The position numbers were made by a program, and so were the translations under genes. Positions 56,673 to 64,000 of a stretch of DNA of 64,000 bases are shown in pieces (position 1 is the stretch's first letter; the number at the start of each line of letters is the position of its first letter). Source of the stretch: an uncultured Gemmatimonadales bacterium (GTDB lineage Bacteria; Gemmatimonadota; Gemmatimonadetes; Gemmatimonadales; GWC2-71-9); NCBI GenBank assembly GCA_963730185.1, contig CAVSQW010000015.1, forward strand, positions 448,001 through 512,000, read 5' to 3'. The notes under the pieces were generated by a model, which made no database searches, was not told the DNA's origin, and saw only the letters and a program-made list of their open reading frames with translations.

Positions 56673-56709
56673 CGAAAGAGGGGGCGGCCATCGGCCGCCC
56701 CCTCTTTCG
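56673..56709. terminator. Bidirectional terminator between tatA and the PPIase gene
   Basis: CGAAAGAGGGGGCGGCC-ATC-GGCCGCCCCCTCTTTCG, perfect 17-bp stem. Confidence 0.85.
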
Positions 56710-56728
56710 TGTGCTGGTTGCCGCCGGC

Positions 56729-58590
56729 TCAGAACTGGGCGGCGGAGGTCTGGGCGTTCTGGGCCGCAGTCTTGTAGACCTCGTTCCGGTAGTCGGCCAC
56801 CTTGGCCTTGTCGCGAAGCGCGGTCACGTAGGACTGGACCCGGCTCCGGCGGGCCGTCTGGAGGGCCTGGGCCCGGATCGACGGGAGATTCTTGGCGAAG
56901 TCCGCCGAGTCGGCCGGGAGGTGCTGCAACTGCTGGATCACGTAGACGGCCGGGCCGGCGGCGCCGGGGCCGCTGCCATCGACCTCGATCGGCGGGCTCA
57001 CCGCGCCCTGCCTGAGTCCGAAGGACGCCCCGATCAAGGCGGGGTCGGGTAGGGGGGCGGTCAGGCGGGCGAACGGCCCCAGCACCTGATAGCCGAAGCC
57101 CATGGTCTTGCTCGCCTGCTCCAGGCTGGACCCGGCGGCCGCTTTGGCCAGTTGCTCGCCCAACTCCCGCGCCTTGGCCAGCTTCTTGGACAGCTTCACC
57201 TTCTGCTCGACCTCAGTCTTGATCGCCTCGAACGCCGGGACGCCTTCCTGGTGGAGGCTGTCGAGCCGGAAGACGTAGAAGGCGGTCGGCGATTCGACCA
57301 CCGGACTCTGCTCGTCGGGCTGGGCCTGGAACGCCCAAGTCCCGGCGTCGGGTACGAAGCCGGCGCCAGGCACGAACACCCGGGCCCCCTTGGTCACGGG
57401 GCCGACCTGATGGATCGTGAGACCGAGGGCCCGGGCCGCGGTATCGATCGCGGCCCGGTCGAGCTTCTCGGCTGCCAGGGTCTCGAGCGAGTCGGCTTCG
57501 GCGTCGAGCTTGTCGCGATGCTCGCCGGTCACCTCGATCGGGATCAGAATGTGTCGGGCGTGGAAGCTGTCGGCCTTCCGGCTCTCGACCTTGATGAGGT
57601 GGAAGCCGAACTGGGTAAGCACCGGCTGGGAGAGGGAATTGAGGGGCAGCTTCGCCACCGCGTCGGCGAAGGCCGGCACCACCTGGCTCTTCCCCATCTC
57701 GCCCAGGTCGCCGCCCTCCGCGCCGCTCACCGTGTCGGCCGATTCGCGGCGCGCCACCTCGTCGAACGGCGTGCCACCCTCGATCTCCGTCCGAAGCGAC
57801 TCGGCCCGATCGAGCGCCGCGGCGGTGTCCGACGCCAGAGGCACCCGGGGAATCGAGACGTAGCTCAGGTAGGCGCTCTCGGGCTGCTTGAACTCGTCCG
57901 GGTGCGCGTCGTAGTAGCTCCGGGCCTCGTCGGGCGTGACCGTGGCGGCCTCGTCGGTGACATTCACGGCGGGGTCGATCTTGGCCAGCCCGATCTTCAC
58001 CTGCTCCCGCTCGTCGCGGTAACGCTCCCACAGAGCGGGGTCGGAGATGAAGACGTCGCCGACGACCGACCGGAACAGTTTGGCCTGGAGCAGTTGCTGC
58101 CGATACTGAGCTTCGAGACCGGGAATCACGGACTGGCCGATGGACGAGGCCAGCCAACGCTGGTATTTCTCAGGATCGAACTTGCCGTTGGTCTGGAGCT
58201 CGGGCAGCTGCTGCAGCTCGGGCAGGGGGATGTTCCGGATCGCCTCGGCGACCTCGTCGGGGGTGACGGTCAGGTCGTGGCGGGAGTATCCTGCTGGAAC
58301 AGGATCTCCTGGACCACCTGGTTCCAGACTTGGTCGCGGACCTGGTTGATTTCGTCGAGTCCCAGGTTCTCGTTGGTTCGCTGCTGCTGCTCGTTGATTG
58401 CGTTCTGGACGCGCTGGTCGAAGGTCCGAACGTCGATGGACCGGCCGTTGACTTTGCCGACCGTGGTCCGGGTGAGCAGCCCGCCGCCGCCGGAACCCAA
58501 GCCACTGAGGTCCCAGACCAGCCACATGAAAAAGGCGATGGTCAGGACGAGGATGATCGGTTTGGCGGCGTTTCGAAATGCTTGCATCAT
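56729..58590 (-). CDS. PpiD/SurA-like membrane-anchored parvulin peptidyl-prolyl isomerase (apparent frameshift ~58290)
   Basis: N-terminal TM and VGKVNG (SurA_N); parvulin motifs FDEVARRESAD..S...GGDLG, PV.TQFGFHLIKV, ARHIL. Confidence 0.85.
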
Positions 58591-58632
58591 CGGGAGATAC
58601 GCTCCGGGTCCCACGCGTGGAGTAAGCGCACA

Positions 58633-58712
58633 ATTCTAACGCCGGAGCCCGCCGCTCTCAAGCGAGCCGTTTGGCACGCCGATTGACAGGCTCTCGGTGC
58701 AGTGAGTAATGT
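58633..58712. promoter_or_regulatory. Divergent sigma70-type promoters
   Basis: Minus strand TTGAGA-17-TAGAAT (58661-58633); plus strand TTGACA-18-TAATGT (58683-58712). Confidence 0.7.
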
Positions 58713-58752
58713 TTCCTCAAATGCGACAACAACTTAGCCGATAGGCCCCAGG

Positions 58753-60612
58753 ATGGCGCCTTCCCGCGAGATCGAGAAACTGCAGCGCCGCTGGCAGGAA
58801 AACCCACTCGGGTTGACCTTCGCGCCGCTGGCCGAGGCCTATCGGAAGGAAGGGCTGTACGCCGACGCGTTGGAATTGCTCGAGATCGGCCTGACCCAGC
58901 ACCCCAACTACGTCCCCGCCCATATCGTCCGGGGCCGCTGTCATCTCGATACCCGATCGGACGCCGAGGCAGCAGCCGCCTTTCAGCGGGTGCTTGACCT
59001 CGACCCCGAGAACGTAATCGCCCTGAAGGGTCTGGCGGAGACATCCGAGCGCTCCAGCCGGTTCGAGGACGCGGCCAGCCACCTGGAGGTCCTGCTCGCC
59101 GTTGATCGCAACAACGACGATGCCCGGGCCCAACTGGATCGGGTTCGCTCGATGCTGGTAACTCCGTCGCCGGGGACGATCGACCCCGAGCCGGTGGTCA
59201 TCGGTGCCGGCCGGCCGGGCGCCCCCGAGCCCGACCAGCCGCCCCCGGCTTCGGAAGAGCTCGAAACCCCGGCACCCCCGATGGAGCCGTTCGTGGTGCG
59301 GGTTGACGCCGAGGAACCTACCGACCCCGGGGTCTCGCTCGAAGGGTCCGAGACCTTCGCCGCGCCCGAGGTGGTCACCCAGGGCGAAGGCCTGCCGCCG
59401 GCCGAACTGGCGGCCGCCGCCGCGGCGGCGGATGAGACGGTCGGGGCCGACCAGCCGGCCGACGAGCCGCTGGCGGACACGCAGGAGCCGGTTCGCGCCG
59501 AGGTGGTCGACGGCGAGGCTCACGACCTCGAGGTGGTGCTGTTCCAACCGGTGGAACTCATGGCCGGCGGCGCCAACGACTACCAGGTCCCGAGCGACGC
59601 CGACGATCTCCATCCGCGGGCCGAGTCCGACGGAGACCCGATGGACGGGATCGAGCTCGAAGGGGAGGGGTTGCGGATCGAGCTTGACGACCAGGCTCTC
59701 GGGGGCAGTGCCGAGGCCCCGGCTCCGGGCGCGGCGGGCGAGGCCAAGCCGAGCCGCGACGACGAGCCCGCCCCGGAAGAGCCGGCCATGGCCGAGGCCG
59801 TCGAGGAGCCGGCCGAGCCGGCTGAGCCGGCCGAGCCGGCTGAGCCGGCCGAGCCCGTCGAGTCGGCCGAGCCGGCGGAGCCCATCGTGCCGGATACCAC
59901 CGTCGACGAAGAGGCTGCGGTCGGCGTGCCGGAGCCCTTCGCATCCCTGGTCGAGGCGGCGGCAGCGCCGTCGCTCCCGGTGGAAGCCCCGCCCGAGCCC
60001 GCCCCCGTCGCGGCGCTTCCGCCGGCCGACCTCGACGGCGGCCCCGAGTTCGACGCCCTGGCCGACGAGGCCGAGCCCCCGGAGCCGGAGCAGTTGCTCA
60101 CCTCCGACGGGAACGACACCCCGGGCGACGAGCCCGAATTGGTGGTGACCGAGTCCATGGCGGAGGTTTTCCTCCGGCAGGGTCACCGGGAGCTGGCGTT
60201 GGCGGTCTATAGCCAGCTCGCGCAGCGTGACCCGCACAACCAGCGGATCCGCGAGGCCCGTCAGGCGCTGGAGACCGAGCTCCGGCCGGCGGCCGCTTCG
60301 GCCCTCCCCGCCTATGCCGCGGCACTCACCGGAGGCCAGTCCGTGCGAGGCTACTTCGAGCAACTCCTCGGCGCGGCCAAGCCGGGGCCGGGGCCCACGC
60401 TTGGCGCGGTGTTTGGCGAGGCCGCCGGCCCCGAGGCCGCCGATCCGGTGGAGGCCGGACCGAGCTACGACGAGTTCTTCCAGGACCGGGGCGGTCCGGC
60501 TGAGATCCCGCGTGCCCGGCCGACGCCGCCGCCCCGGCCGGCCCCAGGCGCCGGGCCGGAGGCCGAAGACATCGAGGAGTTCAACACCTGGCTCCGGGGC
60601 CTCAAGCGCTGA
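58753..60612 (+). CDS. TPR protein with long acidic Pro/Glu/Ala linker
   Basis: N-terminal TPRs (FAPLAEAYRKEG); second TPR VTESMAEVFLRQG; C-terminal EEFNTWLRGLKR. Confidence 0.8.
   Translation: MAPSREIEKLQRRWQENPLGLTFAPLAEAYRKEGLYADALELLEIGLTQHPNYVPAHIVRGRCHLDTRSDAEAAAAFQRVLDLDPENVIALKGLAETSERSSRFEDAASHLEVLLAVDRNNDDARAQLDRVRSMLVTPSPGTIDPEPVVIGAGRPGAPEPDQPPPASEELETPAPPMEPFVVRVDAEEPTDPGVSLEGSETFAAPEVVTQGEGLPPAELAAAAAAADETVGADQPADEPLADTQEPVRAEVVDGEAHDLEVVLFQPVELMAGGANDYQVPSDADDLHPRAESDGDPMDGIELEGEGLRIELDDQALGGSAEAPAPGAAGEAKPSRDDEPAPEEPAMAEAVEEPAEPAEPAEPAEPAEPVESAEPAEPIVPDTTVDEEAAVGVPEPFASLVEAAAAPSLPVEAPPEPAPVAALPPADLDGGPEFDALADEAEPPEPEQLLTSDGNDTPGDEPELVVTESMAEVFLRQGHRELALAVYSQLAQRDPHNQRIREARQALETELRPAAASALPAYAAALTGGQSVRGYFEQLLGAAKPGPGPTLGAVFGEAAGPEAADPVEAGPSYDEFFQDRGGPAEIPRARPTPPPRPAPGAGPEAEDIEEFNTWLRGLKR
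59806..59883 (+). repeat. In-frame 9-bp tandem repeat encoding (EPA)n
   Basis: gagccggcc/gagccggct units. Confidence 0.8.
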
Positions 60613-61050
60613 ATGCGGGTTACCGTCCTCAACGGCCCCAATCTCAACCTTCTCGGAACCCGCGAGCCGGAGCGCTACGGCCGGGCCACCCTGGCCGAGG
60701 TCGAGGCCCTGGTCCGGACCGAGGCCCAGGGCCTGGGGGCCGAGATCGACTGGTTCCAGAGCAATCACGAAGGTGCCCTGGTCGATCGGATCCAGGCCCT
60801 GGCCGGCGGGGTCGGCGGTCTGATCCTGAACGCGGGCGCCTACACCCACACCAGCCTGGCAATTCGGGACGCGCTACTCGCCGTCCAGGTCCCCTTCGTC
60901 GAGGTGCATCTGTCGAACCTGTTCGCGCGGGAGAGCCGCCGGCGGCGGTCGCTCTTCGGCGATCTGGCGATCGGGGTGATCACCGGCTTCGGCCCGACCG
61001 GATACCTGCTGGCCCTCCGGGCGCTCCATGCCCGCCTGGGCGATGTCTGA
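60613..61050 (+). CDS. aroQ: Type II 3-dehydroquinate dehydratase
   Basis: [34 protein letters not shown]. Confidence 0.96.
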   Translation: MRVTVLNGPNLNLLGTREPERYGRATLAEVEALVRTEAQGLGAEIDWFQSNHEGALVDRIQALAGGVGGLILNAGAYTHTSLAIRDALLAVQVPFVEVHLSNLFARESRRRRSLFGDLAIGVITGFGPTGYLLALRALHARLGDV

Positions 61051-62128
61051 GGCCGCGGCCCGCCGGCAGCGGGCCCTGCGCCAGAGCTGGTCGGAGCGGG
61101 AGCTGGACGGCCACCTGATCGTCGCTGGGGCCAACCTCCGCTACCTGACTGAGTTCACCGGCTCGTCGGGGCTCCTGGTGCTCACCGCCCAGGCGAGCGT
61201 GCTGGTCACCGACTTCCGCTACGCCACCCAGGCGCCGGTCGAGGCGGGCGACGCGGCTGAGGTGCGGATCGAGAAGAGTGACCTCTGGGAGGGCGTCCGG
61301 CAGGTGGTCCGAGCGCTGGGGGTGCGGCGGCTGGGAGTGGAGCGCGACCGGCTGACGCTGTCCGACGCGCGCCAGCTGGACGACCTCGGCGGGGCGGAGG
61401 TGGTGCCGACCACCGGGCTGGTGGAGCGGCTCCGGGAGTCCAAGGACCCGGACGAGGTCGCGGCCATCCGAGAGGCGGCGGTGCTGGCGGGCGACGCTCT
61501 GGCGTCGATCCTGAGCTTCATCCGCCCCGGGCGAACCGAGCTCGAGATCGCGGCCGAGTTGGAGGCGGCGCTCCGGCGGCGAGGCAGCGAATGGTTTCCG
61601 TTCCCGTCGATCGTGGCCTCGGGGCCGCGCAGCGCCTTGCCCCATGCCCGTTGCAGCACCCGGACGGTGGAGCGCGGGGAGTGGCTGGTGATTGATTTCG
61701 GGGCCCAGATCCGGGGGTATTGCTCGGATCTGACCCGGACCTTCGTCGTCGGCGCGCCGGCCACCGATCGGCAGCGGGAGGTGTACGAAGTGGTCCGCCG
61801 GGCGCAGGCCCGGGCGCTGGCGGGGATACAGGCGGGACTGACCGGTCGCGAGGCCGATGCCTTGGCCCGTGAAGTCATTGCGGCCGATGGGCTTGGGGCG
61901 GCGTTCGGGCACTCGCTCGGGCACGGTCTGGGGCTCGAGGTCCACGAGGCCCCGCGGCTGTCGCAGACCAACGACCGGCCGCTCCCGGCCGGCGCCGTGG
62001 TGACCGTGGAGCCGGGCGTCTATCTTGAGGGGTGGGGGGGCGTCCGGATCGAAGATGACATCGTGCTCAGGTCCGATGGGGCGGAATGCCTGTCGGACGG
62101 ACGCACCGAACTGGTCGAGCTGACCTGA
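61043..62128 (+). CDS. Xaa-Pro peptidase (M24B)
   Basis: NLRYLT.FTGS, TDFRY, DFGA...[32 protein letters not shown]. Confidence 0.92.
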   Translation: MSEAAARRQRALRQSWSERELDGHLIVAGANLRYLTEFTGSSGLLVLTAQASVLVTDFRYATQAPVEAGDAAEVRIEKSDLWEGVRQVVRALGVRRLGVERDRLTLSDARQLDDLGGAEVVPTTGLVERLRESKDPDEVAAIREAAVLAGDALASILSFIRPGRTELEIAAELEAALRRRGSEWFPFPSIVASGPRSALPHARCSTRTVERGEWLVIDFGAQIRGYCSDLTRTFVVGAPATDRQREVYEVVRRAQARALAGIQAGLTGREADALAREVIAADGLGAAFGHSLGHGLGLEVHEAPRLSQTNDRPLPAGAVVTVEPGVYLEGWGGVRIEDDIVLRSDGAECLSDGRTELVELT

Positions 62129-62148
62129 ACCGTCGGTCCGAGCATTCA

Positions 62149-62691
62149 ATGACTCCAGAAGAGATCAAAGCGCTGGCCGAAGTGCTCGATAAGGTCCCCG
62201 GGATCAAGGGGATCGATTTCAAGGACGTCCGCCGGCTCACCGAGCTCCTGAGAGCCTCGCCCGAGATCGGGTCGATCGAGCTCAAGGGCTGGTTCGGCAC
62301 CGGGGTGGTGATCACCCGGACGGCGTCGCGGCCGGCCCAGGTCGCCCCGATGGCGATGCTGCCGGCCGCCGGCCAGGCGGCCCCGCCCGGGGCCGGCGCC
62401 CCGAGCGGCGGCGAGGCGGCCGACCCGCCCAAGGCGGCGGCCTCGAGCCTGAAGGAGATCAAGTCTCCGATGGTCGGCACCTTTTATGCTTCGCCCGAGC
62501 CGGGGGCCGAGCCGTATGCCAAGGCGGGCATGCGAGTCACGCCGGGGCAGACGGTGTGCATCATCGAGGCGATGAAGATCATGAACGAGATCGAGGCCGA
62601 ATTCGGGGGCGTGATCCGGGAGATCTGCGTGGACGACGCCCAGCCGGTCGAGTTCGGCCAGGTCCTCTTCCGGGTCGATCCGCATGCCTGA
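62149..62691 (+). CDS. accB: Acetyl-CoA carboxylase biotin carboxyl carrier protein
   Basis: IKSPMVGTFY; EAMKIMNEI biotinylation site; VEFGQ.LF. Confidence 0.95.
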   Translation: MTPEEIKALAEVLDKVPGIKGIDFKDVRRLTELLRASPEIGSIELKGWFGTGVVITRTASRPAQVAPMAMLPAAGQAAPPGAGAPSGGEAADPPKAAASSLKEIKSPMVGTFYASPEPGAEPYAKAGMRVTPGQTVCIIEAMKIMNEIEAEFGGVIREICVDDAQPVEFGQVLFRVDPHA

Positions 62692-63877
62692 ACCGGGCGG
62701 TCCCGACGGCCTGACCGGGCCGCCGCCGTTCAACTTCAAGCAGGCCATCTCGCAGATGGTCCAACGGCAGGCGTCCGACCTGCTGCTGAAGGTGGGCCGC
62801 CCGCCGACCATCCGGGTCAACGGAGACCTCCAGGCGCTCCCGATGCAGCCGATCCGCCCTGAGGAGCTCAAGCACCTCGCGGAGCAGATCATGACGCCCC
62901 GCCAGGTGAAGGAGTTCGCCGAGCGCAAGGAGGCCGACTTCGCGATCGGCGTGCCCGGCGTGGGCCGGTTCCGGACCAACATCTACCAGCAGCGGGGAAC
63001 CCTGGCGTTCGCCTTCCGGGCCATCCCCTACGAAGTGAAGACCCTGCGGGAGCTGATGCTACCCGACGTGCTGGAGACGATTTCGCTCAAGCCGCGGGGG
63101 CTGGTGCTGGTCACCGGCATCACGGGCTCGGGCAAGTCGACCTGTCTCGCCGCGATGATCAATCACATCAACCGCCACCGGCGGGTGAACGTCATCACGG
63201 TCGAGGACCCGATCGAGTTCCTCCACCGCGACCAGATGGCCAACATCTCGCAGCGCGAGGTCGGGAGCGACACCCTCACCTTCGGCGGCGCGCTCCGGCA
63301 CGTGCTCCGGCAGGACCCCGACGTGATCCTGATCGGCGAGATCCGCGACCAGGAGACGCTCGATACCGCGCTCAAGGCGGCCGACACGGGCCACCTGGTC
63401 TTCAGCACGCTGCACACCACCGACACGACCCAATCGATCAGCCGGATCCTGTCGTTCTACCCCCCGCACCAGCAGCAGGAGATTCGCTCGCTGCTCTCCA
63501 CCGCGCTCCACGCCATCATCTGCCTCCGGCTGGTGCCGCGGGCCGACGGCCGGGGGCGGGTGCCGGGTGCCGAGGTCCTGATCAACTCGGCGGCCGTGGC
63601 GGAGAACATCCGGAGCCTGGAGAAGTCGCTCAACATTCCCGACCTGATCTCCGAAGGGTCGATCAGCTACGGGATGCAGTCGTTCGACCAGTCCCTGATG
63701 CAGTGGTACAAGAAGGGCGTCATCAGCTATGAGAGCGCCCTGTTCTATGCCACCAATCCGAGCGAATTCGCGCTGCGGGCCGCCGGCGTCACGGCGGCGT
63801 CGGACCGGACCTTCGCCGAAATCGGCGGGTCGGGCGACACTCCGCCCGATCTGACCCGGGACGTGACGCCCTCCTGA
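62684..63877 (+). CDS. pilT: PilT/PilU family type IV pilus retraction ATPase
   Basis: ASDL, GRFRTN, Walker A GITGSGKS, EDPIE, LRQDPDVILIGE, TGHLVFSTLHT, GMQSFDQSL. Confidence 0.9.
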   Translation: MPEPGGPDGLTGPPPFNFKQAISQMVQRQASDLLLKVGRPPTIRVNGDLQALPMQPIRPEELKHLAEQIMTPRQVKEFAERKEADFAIGVPGVGRFRTNIYQQRGTLAFAFRAIPYEVKTLRELMLPDVLETISLKPRGLVLVTGITGSGKSTCLAAMINHINRHRRVNVITVEDPIEFLHRDQMANISQREVGSDTLTFGGALRHVLRQDPDVILIGEIRDQETLDTALKAADTGHLVFSTLHTTDTTQSISRILSFYPPHQQQEIRSLLSTALHAIICLRLVPRADGRGRVPGAEVLINSAAVAENIRSLEKSLNIPDLISEGSISYGMQSFDQSLMQWYKKGVISYESALFYATNPSEFALRAAGVTAASDRTFAEIGGSGDTPPDLTRDVTPS

Positions 63878-64000
63878 TTCAGAGGCGGCGGCCCCGTCGT
63901 CCGGATCCGCCCGAGCTCGCGGAATCCTCCCGACGGCGGACGCACGTCGAGCTACCGTTTACCGATCGCCGGCCGGCCCCAGGGGCTGGGCCTCGCAGCC

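Overview
High-GC bacterial chromosome segment made up mostly of housekeeping and envelope genes. Gene content and order suggest Gemmatimonadota (inference, not verified). In order it holds: the fumC 3' end, an esterase, an MFS transporter, Rrf2-moeB, tRNA-Leu(CAG), smpB-amidase-pyrD-pyrF, the alpha ribosomal operon, rpmB, gmd-rmd-carB-murB, a nucleotide-sugar cluster (wbpD/E/B/A-like, ugd, uxs, epimerase), TPR-TPR-bamD-nadD-secA, radC-relA, a four-helix-bundle plus EVE cassette bounded by inverted heptamer arrays, uvrB-tsaE-tsaB-rimI, ssb-LysM, a complete tol-pal operon, hutH, two long TPR proteins, a polyprenyl synthetase, tatA, a PpiD/SurA-like gene and aroQ-pepQ-accB-pilT. Many essential genes carry single-base indels, most likely long-read consensus errors. 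The most striking feature is a single 1169-aa ORF (47826-51335) joining a complete TatC, through an internal signal-peptide-like segment, to an LptD-like outer-membrane barrel. No stop codon in any + frame and no ATG occurs around the junction, so a simple indel artefact is unlikely. Second is a family of G-rich/C-rich inverted tandem-repeat arrays, one enclosing an Avd/IVP-like four-helix-bundle gene and one apparently empty.
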